DNA of 64,000 nucleotides from Solirubrobacterales bacterium (GTDB lineage Bacteria; Actinomycetota; Thermoleophilia; Solirubrobacterales; 70-9): NCBI GenBank assembly GCA_035764245.1, contig DASTZP010000004.1, positions 54,171 to 118,170 of the forward strand, read 5' to 3'. Shown piece by piece: positions 44,722 to 52,345 of this stretch (position 1 is its first letter; each line of letters starts with the position of its first letter). The notes under the pieces were generated by a model. It saw only the letters and a program-made list of their open reading frames with translations, ran no database searches and was not told where the DNA came from. The position numbers and the translations under genes were made by a program.

Positions 44722-45825
44722 TCAGGCGGCGCTGAGATTGATCGACATCAGAGCCAGCGTTTCGCCGGCCTGGAACGTCCCCGGGGCGGAGAGGCGCTCG
44801 TTCAGCTGGTCGGCCATGAACTGGGTGGAGACCGCGCGGACGCCCATCACTTCGAGCGCCCCGATCCGGGCGCGGAACTGGATGCGAGCGGTGCCGAAAT
44901 CGAGCGTCGCGATCGTGCCCGTCACCGCACCTTCGGTGGACAGAGGGCTAAGGGTCGCGTCGAGCGCGCGAGTGGCCAAGTCGATGCGGGGATGGAGCAG
45001 CAGCATCTCCCGCGGAGACGACTCGTATTTCTGCATCGTCACGCCGCTCCTCTGGCCCCCGTCGATGACGCCCGCCGAGAGGTCGGAGGCGATACGCGCC
45101 GGTTCGATCGGGAACAGGAACGACTTTTCGGCCCCTTCCCCCCAGGCTTCCGAGCTTCCCCAGAGCCCCATTTCGACGCCCATCGATCGCAGCCGCGAGA
45201 AGGTCGTGTCCGGGCCGCCAAGGGAGAACTTCCCGAAGCCGGGTTCGAGTTCCGAGGTCTCGGCAAGCGTTTCGGCCAAGCCGAGCAGACGGCCGGAGCG
45301 GAACATCCGCGGCCCGAAAACGCGGTTCAGCGCCCCCGCCCCCGCGCCGGTCAGCCGCAGGCTCCTGACCTCGAGCCGGGCGTCGAACCCTTCGCGTTCG
45401 AGCTCGGCGCCGACGAGGGCGGCGAAGCGGATGCGCCTGCCGGCGACGACCGCGCTCAAGCTCTTGGCCTCGGGGTCGAGCCGGAGCTTTCTCACCGCCA
45501 CGGCGCCGTCCGGTCCTACGAGCTTGAAGCCGCCCCCGTGCGCGAAGACCGCCTCCTCGGCCCAGCGGTCATACGAGCCGGAGGTGACCGGCAAGGTCAG
45601 CTGCCGCCCTTTCACTGCAGCCGGCCCGAGCGATTTGACGAAGATCCCGTCCCGTCGCAGCGCGTCCCTGAACGCAGACGTGAAGAGAACCCGCGTCGTC
45701 CCGGAGCCTAGCGGCAGGCTCGCCGCCTGCGCCACCGGCGCGTAGACGAGCAGCGCCATCAGGAACGCAGCGGCCAGCGTCGTGGCTGCCGCACGAGCGG
45801 CCGTCTGCCCCATCCCCCATCTCAT
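44722..45825 (-). CDS. secreted hypothetical protein
   Basis: Signal peptide AAATTLAAAFLMALLVYAPVAQA. 367 aa. No family recognised. Confidence 0.65.
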   Translation of the reverse strand: MRWGMGQTAARAAATTLAAAFLMALLVYAPVAQAASLPLGSGTTRVLFTSAFRDALRRDGIFVKSLGPAAVKGRQLTLPVTSGSYDRWAEEAVFAHGGGFKLVGPDGAVAVRKLRLDPEAKSLSAVVAGRRIRFAALVGAELEREGFDARLEVRSLRLTGAGAGALNRVFGPRMFRSGRLLGLAETLAETSELEPGFGKFSLGGPDTTFSRLRSMGVEMGLWGSSEAWGEGAEKSFLFPIEPARIASDLSAGVIDGGQRSGVTMQKYESSPREMLLLHPRIDLATRALDATLSPLSTEGAVTGTIATLDFGTARIQFRARIGALEVMGVRAVSTQFMADQLNERLSAPGTFQAGETLALMSINLSAA

Positions 45826-46206
45826 TGACGCAGCTTAGTAATCGAACCGAAGGAGCTTTCGCACCGGCGGTAGTCATCTCCTTCCCTGTCTCCACCCCTG
45901 ACCAGCCAGGCAGCCCGCCTGCCGCAAGCGTCGCAGCGACCTTCCGGGACCGATCCCGCTTCGTCGGAATCTCAGTAGCCGGTCCCCCAGAGATCGCCCA
46001 GGTTCATCGAGAGCTGCGTCAGATGGGCAGCTCCACCAGCGAGGAAGCGGGCTCGTCAGCTTCACCACCGCCGGCCGGTAGGCCACCTCGTCGACCAGGA
46101 GACAGGCCCGGTTCAGGACTCGCACGAGGCCGAGCTGTATTCGCTGCCGCATTGCTCCCAATCTCGCGTAAGCGGCGAGACCCGGTTCCTGAGCAGCGAT
46201 TTCGGA

Positions 46207-46255
46207 GGGGTGGCAGACGGAATTCGAACCCGCGACCGCCAGCACCACAATTCGG
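46207..46255 (-). repeat. 49-nt copy of the 3' half of tRNA-His (att-like direct repeat, left end of islet)
   Basis: ggggtggcagacggaattcgaacccgcgaccgccagcaccacaattcgg matches 49444-49492 at 45 of 49 positions. It covers the acceptor 3' strand, T-arm, variable region and anticodon loop. About 17 nt further left are also similar to the sequence 3' of the intact tRNA. Confidence 0.8.
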
Positions 46256-46371
46256 CTGCCGCACGGCGTGCCGATAGCGAATCCCGCATGGCAAGCGGCT
46301 TTGCGCCCGCCTTCATTTGTTCCCGCCGATCCTCTATATGCGGGGATATTCGGCGATTGTCGGGGTGTACT

Positions 46372-46420
46372 GGCAGAAATGCGGGTTTCTGCCTGATCGG
46401 GACCTACCGCGGTTTAAAAC
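46372..46420. repeat. internal islet repeat, left copy (hairpin + GGTTTAAAAC)
   Basis: ggcagaaa-tgcggg-tttctgcc, then tgatcgg, then ggtttaaaac. It lies 33-81 nt upstream of the ApeA-like gene. Confidence 0.5.
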
Positions 46421-46452
46421 GGGATAGCCGGTTCCTCTTATAGAAGAGGGCT

Positions 46453-47670
46453 GTGACTTGGAAGACCAAAGCACGCCTCTTGGCGGGGGAAGCGGTTCTC
46501 GGGTATTTCGAGATAGCCGGCTCGGATGAACCACTCTCGGGGCACCTGCACTGGACGGTGGAGTCGGGGGCGATGATCGAGCTAGTTGATGCGCATTGGC
46601 AGCGGCCAATCAACACGGAACATCTGACGGTGCATGGACTGCTTGAAGAATCGGACCCCATCACTCTTCTGAACGGCATCGTCCGACGGACGACGGTCGA
46701 CCACCGCGTAAAGAGAATCGGGTCCTACACCCTCGCCTTCGGTGAGCACATCAAATCGGACTCGACCTGGGACAGGGCTATATACGTCTCCCGCAATCTC
46801 GCGGAGTGGCGTGGAGTTACCGGCCTAGATCACTCGTTGCCTGACGGTCCCGGCAATCGATTTCGATATCGCATCGACTGGGAGCCCCCGGCGACGGATG
46901 AGGTATCGGTCAAGGGCGCTCGGCTGAAGTTCGCCACTGGCGTGGAGTCGGATGTGGGGCTGATGCCCGCATACACCCTGCGGTCAAAACAGCACGTCAT
47001 TGTCGAGGCTCGCCGGCCACAGCGGCTGGAAGCGTTGTCGCGCAGCTACGCCATGCCCCTGCTGGCACTAACCGCCTTCGCCGCTGACCGACCCGACTCC
47101 ATCATTGAGGAGCACTACAGCCACGGAAAGCGAAAGCAACGCATCGAAGTCTGGCGAGCCGGCACCTCGATGGAGCCCCCGGAATGGCGACACAACGCTC
47201 TCCTTTTCTACGCGGGCGAGCTTCCCGACTTTCGACTGTCGATCGTCCGATGGTGGCGCCTGTACGAGAAGACGCGCCCCGCACTTGGCATTTTCGGCGA
47301 TTACATCAACGAGGGTCTCACCTTCTCGCGCCCACGCCTGATCACGCTCCATACCGCGATCTGCGGGTACACGGATGCTCGCCACGGTCATCGAGATCCG
47401 CGCAAGCTTCGTGCCTACTCGGGAGTGTCCAACGAGATCACGGGATGCTCAAACACCGTTCTCGGTCTGTTCGGCGCAGCCAGGGATTACTTTGCTCATT
47501 TGGGAAGCCCCGGCCAAAAATATTCTGTGACTGAAATTGAAGAAGGCACTCTAAAAGTGACCCGGCGAGCAGCGGCCCTCATGCAAGCGACCCTCTTAGC
47601 GGAGCTTGGATTCACGAAGACGCGAACGTCAGCTCTCCTTCGGCGTCATTACACGAATTGGGCACTCTGA
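46453..47670 (+). CDS. ApeA-like protein: beta-rich N-terminal domain + C-terminal HEPN domain (R-x4-H)
   Basis: GTG start after agaagaggg. The N-terminus LGYFEIAGSDEPLSGHLHWTVESGAMIELVD...TVHGLLEESDPITLLNGIV...LAEWRGVTGL follows the pattern I recall for ApeA N-terminal domains. The helical C-terminus carries R344-DYFA-H349 (47482-47499). Confidence 0.6.
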   Translation: MTWKTKARLLAGEAVLGYFEIAGSDEPLSGHLHWTVESGAMIELVDAHWQRPINTEHLTVHGLLEESDPITLLNGIVRRTTVDHRVKRIGSYTLAFGEHIKSDSTWDRAIYVSRNLAEWRGVTGLDHSLPDGPGNRFRYRIDWEPPATDEVSVKGARLKFATGVESDVGLMPAYTLRSKQHVIVEARRPQRLEALSRSYAMPLLALTAFAADRPDSIIEEHYSHGKRKQRIEVWRAGTSMEPPEWRHNALLFYAGELPDFRLSIVRWWRLYEKTRPALGIFGDYINEGLTFSRPRLITLHTAICGYTDARHGHRDPRKLRAYSGVSNEITGCSNTVLGLFGAARDYFAHLGSPGQKYSVTEIEEGTLKVTRRAAALMQATLLAELGFTKTRTSALLRRHYTNWAL

Positions 47671-47759
47671 GCCCAGTCCCGCTCGCATCGAGCTGCCGCC
47701 TTCCAGCAACCAGCGAGTTTCGTCGCGCTCGGGCCGAACGGTTCGCGTGAGGGTTCGCA

Positions 47760-48803
47760 ATGCTTGGACCGATGGGAAAGCATCGCGACAAAAAGCCAAA
47801 ACAGCAGGCGCCACTTAGCGGTGCTGAGATCGCCGCGCTCAACAGGGCCTTTTACGGCACCGATCCGGCGGAGCACTTCAGCCGTCGTCTGCATCTGCTT
47901 CTGGCGCAGGCGAGCCAAAGCGACGCAGAGCTTCGAGCCGAAGCGAAGGAGTACAAGTTCGGAAAGATTTCGATGACCGTCCCATCGGTCGCCGAGAGCG
48001 AGGCTGACGAAGACGCTCATAAGCGTTTTGTGCTTGTAGAGGCTGAGCTATTTATTCATCACGTAGCCGAGACCTTGATGCGCCTCTATTTTGCCCACTC
48101 GGGCAACGCCCCGGCACCTTGGGTAGAGATGGCCAAGCTTCGGGGACCGGGTGAGTTCACGCGACGACTGAAGGCTTTCCGTAAGGAGCGACAGAAGGAG
48201 AGCGTGTTGAGTCAGATACGGCTCGTCTTCTTTGGTTATAAAGAATTCCCGCCGGAGTGGAGTAAAGAGAAGGTCGCCGAGAACGAAGCCGCTGTTGGGA
48301 GAATCGCAGACTACCTCGACTATTTCTCGGAACTGCTCCTTGAGCGTGGGCAAACCTACAACGCCGTGAAGCACGGGCTGGCCGTCGAAGCGGGAGAGTC
48401 TGCGATTGCAGTCGGCGAGATCAAGGAGCTGTCAGCCAGTGGGCCTTCGATCGCCTACCTCGACCGCGGACGTGATGATGAAAAGAAAAGCTTTTGGGCT
48501 GTAAGGACCCGTTGGATCCCGCTTGAGTTCGACATCACCCTGGCCCACGTTGGCACCCAACTCCTAAATGCACTCTGGACGGTGGCGCGCATCCGCTATG
48601 TGAAATGGCCCATCCCGAAAAATGGTCAGCGCCTGTCGATTCCAACGACGTCGTTAGGAGATGTCAGAAAGGCGGCGACTATGCCGGACATCCAGATTGG
48701 CGAGGTCGCGTTTCCAGCGGAGATGCATTGTCCCCCCGGTGCCGGCGCCGACGCCAAAATTGCACGCCTGAACGAGGAAGCCATGAAGGGCACGGACGGC
48801 TAG
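47760..48803 (+). CDS. hypothetical protein, partner of the ApeA-like gene
   Basis: 347 aa with the same foreign codon usage, 89 nt downstream on the same strand. The basic N-terminus is MGKHRDKKPKQQ. A helical core carries LFIHHVAETLMRLYFAH and YNAVKHGLAV. No family recognised. Confidence 0.65.
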   Translation: MLGPMGKHRDKKPKQQAPLSGAEIAALNRAFYGTDPAEHFSRRLHLLLAQASQSDAELRAEAKEYKFGKISMTVPSVAESEADEDAHKRFVLVEAELFIHHVAETLMRLYFAHSGNAPAPWVEMAKLRGPGEFTRRLKAFRKERQKESVLSQIRLVFFGYKEFPPEWSKEKVAENEAAVGRIADYLDYFSELLLERGQTYNAVKHGLAVEAGESAIAVGEIKELSASGPSIAYLDRGRDDEKKSFWAVRTRWIPLEFDITLAHVGTQLLNALWTVARIRYVKWPIPKNGQRLSIPTTSLGDVRKAATMPDIQIGEVAFPAEMHCPPGAGADAKIARLNEEAMKGTDG

Positions 48804-48975
48804 ACCCGAGCATCGTTCGGGTGACCACAGCTCGGCCTTGCTGCTGCGCCACCTCGAAAAGGGTGGGGGTCTCTCAGGTCCCGGAGACTCGCATCGTCCG
48901 TGGTGGCGTTTGCCGTGGGCGCGGTCTCGGAGGCGCTCCGCGACCTTCCAGCTGATCTGCTCGTCGAGAGGAGCT

Positions 48976-49272
48976 TCACGCCAAGGCTGCCTGTTGGCGC
49001 TGCCAGGCCGCTTCGGCTTCATCGGCGTCTGCGGTGTCGAGGATGATGCGCCGGTCGATCTCGTCGGGGAAGGCGCCGTAGTAACGGGCCGCAGTCCGCA
49101 CCTGACAGTCGGTGAGGTTGAGAAGCTCGCCGGTGGCAGCGATCGCCTCCTCCCCCCGCGCCTTGCCGCTCTTGAGCGTGGCCATGACCTCCCATATGTC
49201 TGGCCCGCCGACCAAGGCCGCGCGGCAGCCAGTGGGTCCGTCCCGGAAGACGATGCCGCGGAAACCCTCCAT
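48976..49272 (-). CDS. DUF433-like small protein (antitoxin/DNA-binding-like)
   Basis: GCRAALVGGPDIWEVMATLKSGKARGEEAIAATGELLNLTDCQVRTAARYYGAFPDEIDRRI resembles the DUF433 pattern: a beta-hairpin followed by helices ending in ..A..YY...P.EI. Recognised from memory only. Confidence 0.45.
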   Translation of the reverse strand: MEGFRGIVFRDGPTGCRAALVGGPDIWEVMATLKSGKARGEEAIAATGELLNLTDCQVRTAARYYGAFPDEIDRRIILDTADADEAEAAWQRQQAALA

Positions 49273-49348
49273 GCGTTCACCGTAGCCAATGACATTTCAT
49301 GTCACGGAAATCGGCACCTATCGCCGCACATCCCCGCCTATCCATCCC

Positions 49349-49400
49349 CATCAGGCAGAAACTGCCTGATGGGAAGCGGAAATTGGGCCCGGTTTAAACC
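49349..49400. repeat. internal islet repeat, right copy (hairpin + GGTTTAAACC)
   Basis: catcaggcag-aaa-ctgcctgatg, then ggaagcgg, then ggtttaaacc. Same orientation as the left copy. It lies 77-128 nt upstream of the minus-strand DUF433-like gene and 46 nt from the tRNA 3' end. Confidence 0.5.
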
Positions 49401-49445
49401 AACTCGGCCAACCCGACATACCCATTCGCAGCAGATTCGATTAGG

Positions 49446-49519
49446 GGTGGCAGACGGGATTCGAACCCGCGACCGCCGGCACCACAAGCCGGAGCTCTAC
49501 CAGCTGAGCTACTGCCACC
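49446..49519 (-). tRNA. tRNA-His (anticodon GUG) with encoded G-1
   Basis: The reverse complement is ggtggcagtagctcagctggtagagctccggcttgtggtgccggcggtcgcgggttcgaatcccgtctgccacc(c). It folds as a cloverleaf with anticodon loop ttGTGgt, T-loop ttcgaat, and an extra 5' G pairing with C73. CCA is not fully encoded. Confidence 0.9.
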
Positions 49520-49579
49520 TCGCGGCTTCTCAATCTACCGGGCCTGACGGGAGTCGGGCCGCGCGAGGGCTGGCCGCCG

Positions 49580-49948
49580 TCAGGCGTCCAGGGGGTGCAG
49601 CTCGCCCTTGGTCAGCGCCTCGGTGCGCAGGTGGGCGATCGCCTGGTACTCGGGCGACTGGATCATCTCCAGGAAGGCTCGCCGGGTCGGGTACTCGACG
49701 AGGAGGACCAGGTCCCAGGAGTCGCCGCCGAGGACTGCCGGGGCGGCCTCGCCCTGGAAGACCAGGCGACCTCCCGCCTGCTCCAGTAGCGGCAGCACGG
49801 CCGCCCCGTATTCGGCGTAGCGCTCGCGCCCGCCGTCGGGCTTGAAGGCGAGCAGGTTCAGCATCGTCACCGGGCCCTCGTCGGCCCGCTTCGTCAGGTC
49901 GGCGAAGCCCTGCTCGCTCGGAACCTCCGGCAGCGCCTGGTCGCTCAT
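49580..49948 (-). CDS. DUF1330 domain protein
   Basis: C-terminal 122 aa of track ORF 49580..50266. VTMLNLLAFKPDGGRERYAEYGAAVLPLLEQAGGRLVFQGE...DLVLLVEYPTRRAFLEMIQSPEYQ. Confidence 0.7.
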   Translation of the reverse strand: MSDQALPEVPSEQGFADLTKRADEGPVTMLNLLAFKPDGGRERYAEYGAAVLPLLEQAGGRLVFQGEAAPAVLGGDSWDLVLLVEYPTRRAFLEMIQSPEYQAIAHLRTEALTKGELHPLDA

Positions 49949-49950
49949 CT

Positions 49951-51453
49951 TCAGGCGACGGGCTCGGCGACCGGGGCGTCGGCGCTCCGCGCAGCGACCG
50001 GCCCACGCGAGAAGGTGATCTCGTCGTCGATCGGCCCGTGCTTGAAGAGGCGGATGTCGCGCGCATAGTTCTGGTGCAGACGCCAGGGCTGGCTCATCCC
50101 CTGCATCGGCAGCTGGTCGAGGGAGCGCAGGACGTAACCGGACTTGAGGTCGATGAAGGGTTCGCGGGGCAGCTCGGGGCCCGGGACCCGCGGCGTCGCC
50201 ACCTTGTAGCCGCGCGCGTCCATGTGGTTGAGCAGGCGGCAGACGTACTGGGAGACGAGGTCGCACTTGAGGGTGAAGGAGGCGTTGGTGTAGCCGAGGG
50301 CGAGGGCCATGTTGGGGACGCCGCCGAACATCGCGCCCTTGTAGCCGACGAGGTCGGAGAACTGCTGCCGCTCACCGTCGACCTTGACCTCGATCCCGCC
50401 CAGCACCAGCAGGTTGAGCCCGGTCGCGGTGACGATGATGTCGGCCTCGAGCTCGCGCCCGGAGGCCAGCTTGACCCCCTTCTCGGTGAAGGTCTCGATC
50501 TGGTCGGTGACGACCTCGGCCTTGCCCGAGCGGAGCGCCTCGAAGAGGTCGCCGCCCGGCACCAGGCAGACGCGCTCGTCCCAGGGGTTGTAGCGCGGTT
50601 CGAAGTTGCCGTCGACGTCGTAGCCCGCCGGCAGCTGGCGCTCCACCCCGCGCCGGATCAGCTTCCGCGCGAAGCGGGGCGCCCGGCGCGAGAGCTGGTA
50701 GAAGGCCATCTGGGTGAGGACGTTCTTCCAGCGGACCACCGCGTAGCGGGTCTTTTCCGGCAGCACCCGGCGCAGCGCCTTCGCGATCGGGTCCTGGGCC
50801 GGCAGGGTGACGACGTAGCCCGGCGAGCGCTGCAGCATCGTGATGTGCTCGGTCTCCGGCGCCATCGCCGGGATCAGCGTCACCGCGGTGGCGCCGCTGC
50901 CGATCACGACGACCCGCTTGCCGCGGTAGTCGAGGTCCTCGGGCCAGTGCTGGGGGTGGACGATCTCCCCTTCGAAGCGCTCGCGGCCAGGGAACTCCGG
51001 CGTGTAGCCCTCGTCGTAGCGGTAGTAGCCGGTGCAGCCGTAGAAGAAGTTGCAGGTCAGCTCGACCGTCTCGCCCCCGTGCTCGGCGCGCACCGTCCAC
51101 AGCGCCTCGTCGCTCGACCACTCCGCCGAGACGACCTTGTGGCCGAAGCGGATCTTCTCCTCGACCCGGTGCTCCCGCGCCGTCTCGCGGATGTAGTTGC
51201 GGATCTTCTCGCCGGCGGCGATCGAGTCTTCGTCGCTCCAGGGCTTGAACGAGTACCCGAGCGTGTACATGTCGGAGTCCGAGCGGATGCCAGGGTAGCG
51301 GAAGAGGTCCCAGGTGCCGCCGATCGCCTCGCGGGACTCGAGGATCGCGTAGCTCTTGCCGGGGCAGTTCCGCTGCAGGTGGACGCCGGCGCCGACGCCG
51401 GAGAGGCCGGCCCCGACGATGACGACGTCGACGTGCTCGCGATGGTTCGACAT
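49951..51453 (-). CDS. flavin-containing (Baeyer-Villiger-type) monooxygenase
   Basis: Start MSNHREHVDVVIVGAGLSGVGAG (codon 200 of the track ORF). FAD GxGxxG motif, BVMO-like FEGEIVHPQHWPED, and a second Rossmann VVVIGSGATAV. Confidence 0.85.
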   Translation of the reverse strand: MSNHREHVDVVIVGAGLSGVGAGVHLQRNCPGKSYAILESREAIGGTWDLFRYPGIRSDSDMYTLGYSFKPWSDEDSIAAGEKIRNYIRETAREHRVEEKIRFGHKVVSAEWSSDEALWTVRAEHGGETVELTCNFFYGCTGYYRYDEGYTPEFPGRERFEGEIVHPQHWPEDLDYRGKRVVVIGSGATAVTLIPAMAPETEHITMLQRSPGYVVTLPAQDPIAKALRRVLPEKTRYAVVRWKNVLTQMAFYQLSRRAPRFARKLIRRGVERQLPAGYDVDGNFEPRYNPWDERVCLVPGGDLFEALRSGKAEVVTDQIETFTEKGVKLASGRELEADIIVTATGLNLLVLGGIEVKVDGERQQFSDLVGYKGAMFGGVPNMALALGYTNASFTLKCDLVSQYVCRLLNHMDARGYKVATPRVPGPELPREPFIDLKSGYVLRSLDQLPMQGMSQPWRLHQNYARDIRLFKHGPIDDEITFSRGPVAARSADAPVAEPVA

Positions 51454-51467
51454 TGGGGACCCTCCTG

Positions 51468-52268
51468 CTATCGGTTGAGGCGAGCGATCAGGTCGCTCGT
51501 CATCGGGGTTGACTCGAAGAGACCGCGCTTGGCGCCGGTGCGCATCTGGCGGCGGATCGCCCACTCGACCCAGCCTTTGGGGAGGATCCGGAGCGCCGCG
51601 TAGGCGCGGGCGCCGCGCCTGGTCGTCGCCAGGTCGCGGGCGGGCTTGCCGTAGATGGCGCGGACGATCGTGGCGACGGCCGCCCCGAGGGGCTCGGCGG
51701 GGACCATGCCCTCGAGGCCGACGCCGGCGCTGCGGCTGGCGTCGTGGATCGGGGTGCGGATGTAGCCGGGGTAGACGGTCGTGACTGTGACCTCGTCGCC
51801 GACCTCCGCCCGCAGCTGCTCGGAGTAGCCGACGACGCCGCGCTTGCTGGCGCCGTAGGCGGTGGCGAAGGGGACGGCGAGGTGGGCGAGGCCGGAGGAG
51901 ATGTTGACGACGCGGCCGTGGGAGGCGCGCAGGGCCGGCAGGGCGGCGGCGGTAACGCGCCAGGTGCCGAGCAGGTTGACGTCGAGGACGCGGAGCGCGT
52001 CGGGGCCCGGGGTCTCGGTCGCGCTCTGGGGCAGGCCGATGCCGGCGCAATTGACGAGGGCGTCGACGCGACCGCCGAGCTGCTTGGTGGCCTGGGCGAT
52101 CGCGCAGTCGACCGATTCCTGGTCGGTGACGTCGCAGGCGATCAGGTCCTCGCCGGGGTTGAGGTCGAGGCCGACGACCTCCGCCCCGCGCCCGCGCAGG
52201 GCGGTCGCGGTCGCCTCGCCGATCCCGCTGGCGGCGCCGGTGATGATCACGTGCTTCGTCTCGCTCAC
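51468..52268 (-). CDS. SDR family oxidoreductase
   Basis: ITGAASGIGEATA (TGxxxGxG), NCAG, and catalytic YGASKRGV. Confidence 0.85.
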   Translation of the reverse strand: MSETKHVIITGAASGIGEATATALRGRGAEVVGLDLNPGEDLIACDVTDQESVDCAIAQATKQLGGRVDALVNCAGIGLPQSATETPGPDALRVLDVNLLGTWRVTAAALPALRASHGRVVNISSGLAHLAVPFATAYGASKRGVVGYSEQLRAEVGDEVTVTTVYPGYIRTPIHDASRSAGVGLEGMVPAEPLGAAVATIVRAIYGKPARDLATTRRGARAYAALRILPKGWVEWAIRRQMRTGAKRGLFESTPMTSDLIARLNR

Positions 52269-52292
52269 GGGAGGGACTGTATCAACACTGTG

Positions 52293-52316
52293 TCGAGAAG
52301 TTCAACAACTTGTCGA
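52293..52316. promoter_or_regulatory. inverted repeat in the SDR/TetR divergent region (candidate TetR operator)
   Basis: tcgagaagtt-caac-aacttgtcga, with 9 of 10 arm positions complementary. The half-site tgtcga occurs three times within 52291-52326. Confidence 0.35.
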
Positions 52317-52345
52317 ATCTGTCGACGCGCTGTAAGGTGAGAGCG

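Larger units (their letters stand above)
46207..49492. mobile_element. integrase-less genomic islet at tRNA-His
   Basis: Bounded by the 49-nt direct repeats. GC and codon usage are visibly lower than in the flanks. It carries three foreign-looking genes. No integrase, transposase or excisionase is recognisable. Confidence 0.55.

Noticed and set aside
45826-46206. A 380-nt gap left of the tRNA-His repeat. I looked for an integrase, IstB-like or transposase remnant (for example the minus-frame LLVDEVAYRP).
   Set aside because: - No frame gives more than a few residues of resemblance to recombinase or IS proteins.
- All three minus frames and the plus frames are interrupted or compositionally non-coding.
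- I leave it as unassigned non-coding or decayed sequence.
46256-49443. A search for an integrase, excisionase or transposase inside the tRNA-His islet.
   Set aside because: - None of the three ORFs or the intergenic frames shows tyrosine/serine recombinase or DDE motifs.
- The element is therefore called integrase-less rather than a functional integrative element.
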